Assembly: GCA_000934665.2 (NCBI GenBank)
Contig: KZ538304.1
Span: 1-64,000 of the forward strand
Length of the DNA stretch: 64,000 bases
Origin: Catajapyx aquilonaris
Taxonomy: Eukaryota
Direction: 5' to 3'
Below, in pieces: positions 39,701 to 51,693 of the stretch (positions within the stretch are counted from its first letter, which is position 1; each line of letters starts with the position of its first letter). Under the pieces are notes generated by a model, which saw only the letters and a list, made by a program, of their open reading frames with translations, ran no database searches and was not told the DNA's origin. The position numbers and the translations under genes are program-made.

Positions 39701-42700
39701 TTTTATTACAGTACTGTCCGTCTTGTGCGCCGCAGCCAAACGAACGTTATTGTGGTTTTGCCATCTTTGCTAACCCGTTGCCATTTTTTGCCACAATTCA
39801 TCGGGTTCCAGTAGCAGCTAACCTAACTGCACGTGGGGGTAATTCGGCGGTGAGAAATGGCAACTTGGCTTGTCAGAAAATCCGGTGGGTTTCTCCTTGA
39901 CGACCGGGGGGGAGGGAAGTATATCCTGCTGTGTATAGACGGCTGGTTTTGGGGGAGGAAATAGGGAGCAGGGGATGCTGTTGACCAGGAGGGCGGCACC
40001 GATCAATGAGACACTAGTCAATGGAAAAAGCATACACCTGAAGCCTCCCCCCAAAAAATATGGAGATTTTTTTAAAAGGAAAACTGCAATCTACATTATG
40101 GAATCTGCTATACTCATTTAACACTGTCCATCTACGCATAAACATTCCTCCTCGCCTCTGTGGGTCAATTCCGGACAATCCAACGGACCAATCTGAGTGT
40201 CCGAGAGATTTACTATTATGGGCACCAATTTGCCCGGATTAGAACCATGATCGATATGCTTTTGATGTCGAGCGATACAGGGGAGCGATACTAATATCTA
40301 CTCTCCCCGCCCAACCATACACGGGGACACACGCCATGATAATCTCATGCGATTTGGACTCCTGGTCCTGAATCAATATTGGCAAGCAAAACATGTTATG
40401 ATTCACTCATCAGCACTTGAAAGTTTTGCGCCGCAAAACATACGTCACCAGTAATTATTGAGTGATCCTATAGAGCTTAAGGGTAATAGATTTGGAATTA
40501 TCATATGGTCGTAAACATCAAACCGACCACATTCGTATGCAACTCCGGACAGTTCATGACGAGCTCACTTTCAAAAATCATCCGGTCGAATAAAGAGCGC
40601 CACTTCAAGTTAAAGACCCGTAAAAAAGTCGCAGTAAAAGTTCCCAACGGAACGAGCCTCCACTCCAAAACGATATAAATGAGACTGTAAAGAGAGAGAA
40701 AAAAATAGTCCCCAGTCAAGCTGCCTATTTCCCTCCGGATTATTCTCCGGAAAAAAAAAAAAATATTGACCAGCTTGATTTTGCAAAGTGCTCCTCCAAT
40801 TCTCCAACTTTCCTTCCCAGTGTGCTCAACAGACGAAAAAAAAAACGGAGCTGGAGTAAACATGGAAAATGAAGTTTTTTTTTTTTACTTGCTCCGAATT
40901 CCAAGAGAAGATTACCACCCAACCATGCACCCAACCACGTCAAACAAGGATATTGGCGCCCATTTCCTTCTCAATATTCGACATGTCGTCAGCAAGAGTA
41001 ATGTAAGTGCCAGACGACAATCAATCACGATTCCAATCAGAAAATCCAAGATTGTCACACGCTTGCAACGCTGTAAGACCAGTAACGAGCGGACCCGTTG
41101 CCAAAACTTGGCAACACTGCTCGCTCCCCCCCCCCCCCACCCCCACACAACTTGGACGTGGTACAATATGACACTGCCAGTTGGCGCACAGGCTCTCCCT
41201 ATGCACACTCCTGCCACTCTCAGGGCGAAAGTAGGACTACATGCACGTTGGTGATGAGTCACCGCGCCGACAAAGTCCACCTACTGCCCTCTTTAATTGT
41301 TGAACGGGGAAAATGAAAGCTATGGGAACTATAGTGCCTATACGTGTTTACGGGATGGAGTAACTGATTGTGAATTCTGTATGTACGAGTGCGCACCCAC
41401 ACTCGCGCAGCTCCGTTGTTCTGACAATGTTGCCAGAGTTACTCCTCAGGGAGCAAATTCACACCCGAAGCCTACTAGGTGCATTCCAGAGCTTTGGCAA
41501 CGTCGTAAACGTCGGCCATTTTGTTTTCCCCTCCAAGTGTAGCGTTGGAAATATGCTTACCAGCTATTATTGATAATGCCAACCGTTCATGCTGCGCGAA
41601 CTATGGTGCGCAAGGCCGCAAGCTCGTTTAAAAAAATTATAATTTGAAGCCTCTCAACAGCCCCTAAGTCCACTTATGCAACCCACAACACCAGTGACGA
41701 GAATGGGTTGCCGTATGTCCAGGATGAAAAGCCTTGCACAATCGACCCATTGTTCCGAATCAGACACGTGATTTTTTTTTTGCACACTTCACGTCTCCCC
41801 GGCTCCCAAGGTTCTCCGCCCCCGCAGGTACATGGTGGTCAAGGACCCCTGAAGATATGCCTTGAAGCTTCTTTTTTTCCCCTTTTTTTCAGAGGGAGCT
41901 TCCTTCCTTCCTTAGCTGAGTCCAGTACACTCTTTTGTTTGTTAAGCCCATTAGAGAGGTGGACGCACTTGTCACTGGAGCGTCTCCAGCGCCGCAGCAT
42001 CTGTCCCTGACACCCTTTCCCTGACTGCAGACCATGTCCAATTCCATTCAAGCCGTCCCAAAGTTCCAGAGGAAAAAAAAATAGACATGAGAGAAAAAAA
42101 TACCCCGAAAAAAGACAAAAGGAAATTGCTATCACATGCACTAAAGAGCCTCTTTTCTCACGTCTGAAAGCATGGAGATAAAATCCTGCGAGAAGTGATC
42201 CGCTCTTTTGCCGCCAGTTGCTCCTGGCGCCACCAGTACGGCACCAAATTAGGCCGAAAATATGTCCCCCCAAAAATCTCAGAAAGATGTTTATACCTTT
42301 CATGTCTCTGCGTCTCTTTGTTTGACTAGGTCGAAACGCGTGCAGTGGGGGACATCAATAATGCAGGGTCAACAATCACCCGCACTCTGGGCCTCCCTTT
42401 TCCCTGCCTACACTACTTAGCACTCGATACATCATTTATGAACCCTGCTAATCCTACACCCACTCACCTTAAAGCGACCCCCCAACCCAATCAGATTCAT
42501 CCCGCGCAACAAAACCATGAGAACCACTCTTCTCTTTTCAAGCCCCCATCTGCACACAACTTATTCATCAGAAACCAGCCCGGATTTTAAGCCCAGGTTT
42601 CAAAGCTTAAATCCGGATTCGTCCCTAAATGAGAGCACTTGTATTGTACAGTACCTGGAAACCTTGATATTGTAAGAGGATTTTTTTTTACCTGGTAACC

Positions 42701-43012
42701 CTCCTGAATTTCTGCTTTATATTAGTGACTCTTGCCTAGCGTGCGCCTAGCTGATGACTCACCCGGACAAACAGAGTCACAGCCACGAGCCAATTGTGTG
42801 CAGTAGGCCTATAGGATAATTTATCATGTCATACAAAAACCGCATATTATGGTATTTGGACTTTAAAAAGTGCGGGTTTCGGACTTTTCCCTCAGTCAGC
42901 GACGTATAAGCCATCAATGTGCCAAGTCTAAGCACTCTCAGTAGTCGGGAAGTGGGTTAGGTAGCCCGAACATGCAAACACACAAACTTTCTGCTAGACT
43001 TTTATAATGTAA

Positions 43013-43236
43013 CTATAGGAAAACGCTCGCTCTTTTCTAGGCCTACGGCCTGGGGTACCTATTCGGCGCACCATATCGCCGGGGAATTGACAGTTTCCCC
43101 GGCAACCCAACAGGAGTTGTTTACACCCCCATTGCGCATGAGTAGAACGCGGGCCAATGGGGAGGTGGCGGTAACAATATGCGGCGGACCAATCAGAGGG
43201 CTCGGTCAACTCCTGCAAGGATTTTAATATTATAGA
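43013..43236 (-). mobile_element. Non-autonomous Helitron-like element
   Basis: Near-identical inverted copy of 63775-63989; 5' end TCTATAATATTAAAAT preceded by A. Confidence 0.75.
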
Positions 43237-44330
43237 TATTATTTCTACACTATCTTACGTATAAGGGTAAGTTTGTTTCTTTATTTATTTAGTTAGTTGT
43301 TTGTTCGTTTGTTTGTCAATGGCAACGGTACATCTCTCGGTACATCCGGCAGAGTACAGCAGCTGGCAGCAATGAAAGTTGCATTACAGAGAGGGGCCTC
43401 CCATAAAAATCTGACCCGGCGCATCCCTCTCCCCTATAAGCTCTTCATATTTTCTCTTTTTTTTCTCTCTCTGTCTCACACACGACACGAGGGCAACGAA
43501 CACATCTGCATTGTCGCTCACACAACACCCATCACCATACATGAGCTAATCGCCATTGTTGTGTCTCGACAGGCAAGATGTGTCCATTCCCACAGCCATG
43601 TTGAATCGATTGACAGCACGTGAATGATCCGAGGACGGACCTACAGTACGTAGAAAATCATATACAGGGGGTGTTCCCCCGCCGGCTTGAAAGGTTAGCA
43701 ATTTTATGGGACTGCGCTGCTTATTTGGTGGCTATACAAGCTACTTACATTATAGGTTGGGATGGCCCATTGTTAAAACTCAAAATGGAAAAATTGGAGC
43801 TGTTTTTTGTCAATTGCTCAGTGAGTCATCCGGCCTTGGACAAACTATTCATTTCAACCTAATATTAGCAGCTAATACTTTTATAGCTGCTAACAACTTA
43901 ACGATAAGCAGCTTAGTGCCAAATGTATATATCTACCTTATTAAAGGATCTATTTCATTGGGGAACATCCTGTCCATAATTATTCACATCTGCCTAATGT
44001 AAGCAGCTAATAACTTTGTTACCACTACACTAAACAGCTTAATAAGTAGCTTAGGGCCAAAAATAATCTCCGTTCGGAACCTCGTATAAAATAAATGAAT
44101 GTTTAAGTGGGTTAGGATGAGTCATGCAGGGGAAGGGCAACAACTTTTTGATTATGTGTGTACACAACTTTTATGAGGTGTTGTGGAGGATTTATGCCCG
44201 TAACAAATCTGGGCTTATGCAAATTATGTACATCGGATTTATGTAATTTTCCCCCTTCGAGTCATTCACACACAAAAATGTCCATCGCGCTTATTTGACC
44301 ATCCATTTAAAAACAGATTATGTTGTAAGA

Positions 44331-44419
44331 CAGAGTGAAACCTCGATTCATGGTTTCTGCCGGGACCGCGATGGATACGGGAAAACGATAAATGCGGGAT
44401 AAATCGAGGATTCACTGTA
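44331..44419. mobile_element. Tiny pogo/Tigger-like MITE remnant
   Basis: agtgaaacctcgatt ... aatcgaggattcactg|TA. Confidence 0.5.
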
Positions 44420-44957
44420 CCCAACTGTCAGGTTCTGGTTTGTTTTTATCTATTAGACATCATGCTTCCAAGTTGGCAAAACTGCCCGCCGATTGCCCAC
44501 GAAGTTCCTTACTTCGCTCATAGATGGCGCACCCTCCCTCTCTGCACACTGCTGCCACTCTGTCATGCGGAGGAAAGTGGTACTACATGCACCTAGCTGA
44601 GCGGACAGAGGCAGCCAATTCTACATATGACGTGTTTGTTGGTTTAGGGTGATTTATTCATGTGCTTGGGACCACTGGAAATATTGTTGAAAGCATGGTC
44701 AGAGAACGGACAATGTTTCTGGCCACAAAAAGACTACGGGCCCGAAGCTACGCCCCGTTACAACTGGCATGGCGCCAAAAAGTATAATTTCCACGTCCAT
44801 TTGGATTCATAACCATCCCTTAATAAGTGGGTGGGGGTCGTGCTCCCTTCTTTTCTCTACTTAACTTCTCTTTTTTTTCTTTCTTTCTTTTTCGACTCGT
44901 CCTAAAACTGGTTTCCGGAAGTCATCACCCCAGAGACTGGTGCAGCTTTCACCCCCC

Positions 44958-45057
44958 NNNNNNNNNNNNNNNNNNNNNNNNNNNNNNNNNNNNNNNNNNN
45001 NNNNNNNNNNNNNNNNNNNNNNNNNNNNNNNNNNNNNNNNNNNNNNNNNNNNNNNNN
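44958..45057. other. Assembly gap (100 N)
   Basis: Run of exactly 100 n; the true length is unknown. Confidence 1.
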
Positions 45058-46069
45058 AAAAAAAAAACCCAGGCGCATTTTCGCATGGCATAAAACCTTA
45101 ACCGTAAACCGGAAGAAGTTTCGACTCCATATTTCAAAAGACTAGAAGAAAAATATGAGACGACGGTTTGTGTCGTGCGATGACTCAAAACCGGGAATCC
45201 TTTTTGCAGCAGGTGTGATTCAAAAGGAGGAAACGACGTCACTGCAATAAACTTGCTCAGGAAGGATATCCTGGTTCATTAAGTGTAATTATTAGGGGGC
45301 CAAAAATCACTTTAATTGAATCCAGATCGTGCTCCATATCAGATTGTATGGTGGGAAAAAAAATCGATCGTAAAAACCTGGCTCGAAATCGACTTAAAAG
45401 TCGTGCAAAAAATGCTGGATCATATTATCAATCAATCAATCAATCAATGCATCAATAAATGGGGCAGTCAGCAATATAGGTCAGTGTTAAAACATGACGC
45501 ACCTAAACATAATTTTCGACCCACTGCTAGTTACTGCTTGGCAGCGGGACTGTTAGCAGTAGCTATAGCAGTGCGTCTAAAAGGAAGCAAAATTTTCGCA
45601 AAGATATCGGGCAATATTTGCTATATTTAAAAAAACAAAATTAGACTCTATAAGATATCATTTTCATCATAATTTCGACCTTTCGATCGCTCCGACAGAC
45701 TTTTTTTTTTTTCGCCCGTGCTTCTATTTTTAATTGCGGCTATAAGGCTCATAAATTCCCCTGAAATTATCTGTAATACCATCAAAAGTCCCTTAGACTT
45801 AATCCCTTTGGTTCAACTTACAAGTCATGTGTACATGTTGGAACATGACTCTGTAGATAATGCAACAACGGCCTGAGGTTCAAGGCAACCTTGTGCAAAA
45901 ATGACCAACATTTCTGCAAATGTGACCCACACTATAATTGACATGTCGTAATTAGTTGTTCATTATCAGGAAAAATATATAAAGGCTCAGCACATGTGTG
46001 AAGCAGGGAAAAAAGTTTTATCAGCAACCATAGCCAGGGGGATTGATAAGTAAGTTTATAAGCAAGTGT

Positions 46070-46500
46070 CGGTACTCTCAGCATTCCGGAGGTGGGTTAG
46101 GTGGCCAACAAACGTTCTGTTCGAGATATATAGACACATATTTCATACCTATCAGTAGTCTGGAAGTGAGTTAGGCAGCCAGGACATACTGACAAACGTT
46201 CTGCTTTATATATCGAGATAATACAGACAAATGTTTCAGCACTCTCAGTAGTACTGAAGTGGGTTAGGTAGCCCGGGCATTACACACAAACGTTCAGTTC
46301 GAGATACAGAGACATGCGACGAGACATGTTTCAACCTGTCAGTAGTCTGGAAGTGGGTTAGGCAGCCCGGGCATACACACAACCGTTCTGTTTTAGATAT
46401 CGAAATATTCAGACAAATGTTTCAGCACTCTCGGTGTACCGAAGTGGGCTAGGTAGTCTGGACATACAGACAAACTTTCTCTTGTATGTGTATAGAGACG
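46070..46500. repeat. Degenerate tandem repeat (~60-bp subunits in ~120-bp dimers); a solo copy at ~42930-42995
   Basis: Recurrent cagtagt...gaagtgggttaggtagcccgggcat...acaaacgttctg. Confidence 0.8.
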
Positions 46501-46589
46501 AGAGATGTTGTCGCGCAACTCTCAATCAGTGCCGATGAGTACTGATGAACGAGTAATGTCCGCATCACTGACACGATTTGGGTACTCAC

Positions 46590-46653
46590 CACAGATGCTG
46601 AGCCATCCTTCGACCCTGGATGGGAAGACGATCCTGATCCGTCTGGTCCTCAT
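46590..46653 (-). CDS. Candidate distal first coding exon (MRTRRIRIVFPSRVEGWLSIC)
   Basis: 21 codons + 1 nt, phase-1 donor GTG|gtgagt. Preceded by a GC/CpG-rich leader or promoter region (46700-46980) with a CRE at 46934. Confidence 0.5.
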
Positions 46654-47258
46654 TTCTTTGATGATGATGATGATGCTGCGTTTAGTTAGTTAGTTAGTTG
46701 AGCGCGGATGTGTGTGTGCGACCCCGGGGCGGCCCCTGATGCGACTGAGTTGGTGGCGTCGTGTGGGGGACGAGAGGACTCTGTGGGCAGAAGCAGAAGA
46801 GAGACGGGTCGGAGCAGGCGCAGCCATCGCTCTCTCAGCCACTTCGAATCACGGTGGTTTCAAAACCGGCCCCACACTTCTACAGCAGGGCTCCCCCACT
46901 GTCATGTCCACCCCCTGGCCCACACCAACTGGCTGACGTCACGGACAGGGCCACAGAGTCAGGATCGGGCGCCAACTGGAAAAAAAAAAAAAATGCGCAT
47001 AGCCCAACCATACTAGAAAGAGTCACTCACAAAGACTGGTGATTATGAACATAAAAATTCTCGTGCTCAGACAAGGTTCACAAGTTATCAACATTCACTT
47101 ATTATCAATAAGTGAGGAACAAGCAAACACAGATTACCAAGAGTACAAACACAGGGAAATGAAAGCAAACATTCAGAATCTCTCAGCGTTTATTTGTTGG
47201 AATTATGTACAGTAGATGAAAAATCTTGCACAATTCGCTATTATTATTTTTACAATTA

Positions 47259-47572
47259 CAGGTAGTCCCCGGTTAACGAACGACCCGATTATCCGTACCC
47301 AAGGCGTCGCATAAGAAATAATTATAATTATTTCTCAATTTTTAAATCACTTCTGCGTATGTTGACCAACACCAAGTGCAACATAAATGCTGTATAATTA
47401 ATAAATAATTGGGGAAACTACGTTCTTCGCGCATGTAAACACATGACGTCAGTGGATCTTTGGAGCTGAATCTGTTTGCTGTGTATGTATGCGCTGTTCC
47501 TCAGGTACGTACAAATCCGACTTATGGAGATTTTCAGTAACATAACCCCGTTCGTAGACCGGGGACTACCTG
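47259..47572. mobile_element. pogo/Tigger-like MITE, TA-flanked
   Basis: TA|caggtagtccccggttaacgaacg ... cgttcgtagaccggggactacctg|TA. Confidence 0.85.
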
Positions 47573-48786
47573 TACCGGTATTCACATTTTTCCACAATTT
47601 CACTTTAATTCATTATTGCCAGTATAGCCAGTATTGGATGAAAAGTGTGGTACAACTTCTTCTAATCAATTCTGGTATTGCGGATGTCTAAAATTGAAAT
47701 TCATAAACATTGTTTTTTAGTCAAATCACTCCAGGAGGTCCCAGAAACTGCGGCTAATTCTTATAGCGATATTAGATAACTACATAATTTTAAAGTTTCG
47801 CATTGCTCCCTGAAAGGGATATCAAATTTTGGACCATTTCATATGCAGTATTGAATGAGGTAGAACAACCATTACTTTGGGCACATTAAGTTAATTCATG
47901 CCAGTTTTAGTGAACAATAAACAACTATAAAAATCAGCCATTTAAAAGAAATTAAAACAAAAAATTACATCAGGGGTTAATGGAATCTCCTGAAGCTATT
48001 TTTCATCACAAATTTGAAGATTTTTGCATGCATATTTCTGCAATACTACTTTTTATGTGTGTTCATTATGATAAACAATTTCAATGAAAAATGTGTAATG
48101 CTCCATGGAAAAACACACCTGGAACACATCCTTCTACTCTAAATAGTCTAAAATGCCATCAATTGAGTAACTGTGCCAGAGGCTCAAAAATTCTGTAGAA
48201 TGTAGCCTACCAACTTTCTAGAGAATGCGCAAAAAAATTGAAAGAATACAAGCTGAAAGAAATATAACTGCAGAAGAGGGCGCACAAAAAGCTTACAAAG
48301 AAAGATAAATTCTGCACCAAAAGCTACCTTGTGTGGCATGTCATCAAGTTTTTTGGTACAGGTACAGTAAGTACAACCATGGTACAACATAATGCTTACG
48401 TAAAATTTCACCTCCACATAATATTCCACTTGAGGGCATGACTCCTGCGATTACGTGTATCAGTACTGTACATTGCTAAAATGCTAAAATTGTATATAAA
48501 ATACGTATCTTGATGGATTATGCCAAATTTCTATAATGAAATGTAAATGGACAATAATTGTGCTTAGCCTCAGGTGTCCAGGTTGCTCATTCTTATTGCA
48601 ATAAAATCTCTTCAGTCTTAGGTGCCTTAAGACCATTAGCCATCATCCAGATTTTAAAAAAAATTATTAGTAGTGTTTATGCTCTCAAATTGCTATTATC
48701 CAATAGTGTATTGGATGCATGTCTGTTCATAAGCCTTTGTGAATGCTCGGTAAAAAGGTGGACTGCAAAACCTCCATAAATAAAAC

Positions 48787-49073
48787 CAAGGGAGTAGTCA
48801 CTTCGGAGAGCTGGTGTACACCCTCACTGGTGAGCCATGGAGAGCAGAGGAGAGCGGAGGGAAAACTACGTCATATTGATGTCATATCATCAACCCCACG
48901 GGTTGTGACATAGGTGGCTCTATGAAGCTCTTTGCGGCACTCCCAGGCATCGGTGAGCCCATAAGACCTGCTGGTGGAGAGCGTAGAGAGCCTTAGAGAG
49001 CCGAGGAGAGCTGAGGAGAGCTGCAACTCAAGAGAAACGGTATACACTTTTTTGAGGAGTGACTACCCCCTTG
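48787..49073. mobile_element. Non-autonomous DNA transposon with 8-bp TSD (P- or hAT-type)
   Basis: aataaaac|caagggagtagtcact ... agtgactacccccttg|aataaaac. Confidence 0.85.
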
Positions 49074-49291
49074 AATAAAACACTCTGGATATCAGAGTTG
49101 ACAGCTCTACAAACTAACTCGTTTAATTAGGCAGATTCACACCTGCACCTGAAAACATGCTTTATGTTGTAGCTTTAAATTCCAGTTCCAGTGTCACATA
49201 TTTCGAGCTGTACCAGCCACAATCGCAACAAAACAATAAAGTGCAGCGGTACTCTCCGAGTCCAAAACCATCTGCCACGTAATGACACGGA

Positions 49292-50081
49292 TCACTTTTG
49301 ACTGGCTCTCTTCCCCTGTTTCTTCCTGCCTCCTCCTCTGCCCTTCTTCTCCCTGGGCGCCTTCTTCCCAAGCTGAGAGAAGAACCCGCTCACTTTGTTC
49401 TTGTCCTTCTTCCGCTGAGGCCGGTACGTCGCCACCTGCATGCCCAATCTCCTGTCCACCTGTTGGTTAAACATATTGTAAAATACTGCCACGATTAACA
49501 ATGGCGTGAGTAATGATCATTTCAATCACATTAAAAGTCTAATGGAGGTAATCAAGTGAAACCTGTGCCCATTACAGAGCCTCTTTACAATAAAATTAAT
49601 TACATCGCATGTGGGATGCAATTTTTTGGGGGGCAGAAAGTGACATGGCAGATTTAAATGAGTAAATAGAATTCCTGCGGACCTCCTTCTTTTCCTTCTC
49701 AGCTTGCCGCTGCAGCTTCCTTAGGACCTTGAGCTCATCGTACTGCACTTTGGCTTGTCTCTGTGGCTTCCCTCCGAGCCGCACCAGCTGGGCCAGCCGC
49801 GTCTCCTCTCTTTCCGCCTTGTCCATTCCGCCCATGCTGAAGCGAGTCACGTCCCTCTTCAGCCGTATCATGTCCGCCTCCACCGCCTTCTGCCCTGGCT
49901 CCTCCGGCTGGGCCTCCTCGGCCACGGGCTTCTTCTCCGCAACGTCCGGATCAACAAAGCGGATCACTTCAGGTGCTGGGAGAGCCAGGGCCTTCGACGC
50001 TAACGTTGCGACTCTGCCATCGCTGGGGACGGACACCGGCTGCGGACGACGACGCTTCTTCCCCATGTTTTGTGCTGCCAT
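49292..50081 (-). CDS. C1orf131/DUF4602-like basic nucleolar protein (SSU processome factor-like), 2 coding exons
   Basis: Exons 49683-50081 and 49292-49459, phase 0. PEVIRFVDP...KRDVTRFSMGGMDKAEREETRLAQLVRLGGKPQRQAKVQYDEL resembles the C1orf131 core as I recall it (VHRFG...ERAIMLGAKPPK...VNY); Lys/Arg-rich tail. The start may instead be the ATG at 50066. Confidence 0.8.
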
Positions 50082-50644
50082 AAAATACAAACATGTATTA
50101 ATTATTTAATTAATTAATAGTTGTGGTCCACAGATTCAGCTACACTTGTCGATAACATGCTGCAACTAACCGCATGGTTTGTACTCAAACTTGAACTGAC
50201 CCGGGTGCCACTAACCCTTAAAACTGACCAACACCTAACCATCAGTCAGTGACCCCAACTGACCTTCTGACCTGCTTAATTAATTAGGAATAAAAATTTA
50301 AACACAATTTAAAAAAATCACCAAGTGAATCCCACGCAGCGCCGAATGAAGCGGCAACTCACTCCGCAATGCTGCCAACCGAACCGAATAGACATGCATC
50401 CTCACTCCGCAACGCGCCACATTTGAAATAATAATAATAATCAAAAAGTAATATTTTCATGCATTTCATGCGGGTTTATTAGTTGGTAAGTAATGACAGT
50501 AAATATGGAAGTTCCAGGTAATCCGTTACATGCACTGAATATGCCAATTTTTTCCATAGAAAACATGCTAATTGTCATAAAATGGATACAATTCGAAACA
50601 GCAGCCTTTAAAAAGCAATACGTTAATTTCCTTCCGAAATGATC

Positions 50645-51693
50645 TCAATTCTTCAATCTCATGTAGCAGGATATGCAGAAGGCAAGTATCTGAAACACAA
50701 TATTACATGCGTAATTATATGTAACGTAATTGAAAGCAAATTGTAACCAGGCTGCCGTACCATCGCAAAGGTCGTTCCGAGTCCGCTGTAGAAATACAGT
50801 GAGGCTCCCTTCATCAGGAAGACAGTCATTTCCGTGAAGCAACCATCGTTATACAAGCTTTGGTCCTCATGATTGTGATGGCAAAAAATAAGCTGGGGAA
50901 AAAAAAATTGCACTAATTAAAAGGAAGCCAGCAATTTTGGAGGAGTAACGCGCACTTTACATTTTCCTTCATGTGCAACTTTCGGCAGCTCTCAGGGATT
51001 TCCTCTTCCAACCAATCTTGCTTGCCAGCTATGCCGCAACAGCAAAACTGCAGAACCATGTCAGTATATACATATACGACATATACATAATAAGAGTACA
51101 GTGATTACCTCGGTTTGAACGTTGTTCCAGTTCTGCCATTCATTGCTTTCCTTTTCCTTCGCTTTGACAAAATACGAGTTCATGTGCTTGTAAACGCTTT
51201 CCCAATCTCCCTGGGTGCCAGGAGTCCGCTTCAGGTACGGAAACACAATAATTGTGCTGAATCCTGCCAGCAATGCAGCAACGAGCATCCAAATGGAGTA
51301 CTGAGGAAGAAACAATTCGCTGCTGTGTTTTGTCGTATTGTAATAGCTTCGCCATAAACGAACCTGGAGAAGGAGACACGTCTTGTTGCACTTGGCGCTG
51401 AATATTCCAAGTACGGAGATGGCAATCACTGTGAATGCGCACGAAGCAAGCATGAAGCAGGTGTCGGTGCAGATTTTTGTGTCGAACAGGAAGTCCAACA
51501 TCTCGCACTTGGGTAATCCCAATACTCCAATAACCGCAGCAGCAAGGCCTCCCATCTGTATAATTAAAACGCCACTTCAATTATATACGCTGCAACGAGT
51601 GTGTACAGAAAATATTATGCTCACCATGATGATGCCATTGAAGCCGTAAAAAATTACGTAAAAAAATTTCGTGACTCCAGCCATTGTTTTCAT
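50645..51693 (-). CDS. Tetraspanin-family protein (divergent), 6 exons, ~238 aa
   Basis: All junctions phase 0: 51625-51693, 51364-51555, 51109-51300, 50961-51047, 50761-50892, 50645-50689. Four hydrophobic segments; large loop WNNVQTEFCCCG...DW...IPESC...YNDGC (CCG, PxSC and final GC motifs). Minus-strand AATAAA at 50475-50480. Confidence 0.9.

Noticed and set aside
44827..45242. ORFs spanning the N run
   Set aside because: Artefacts of the assembly gap.
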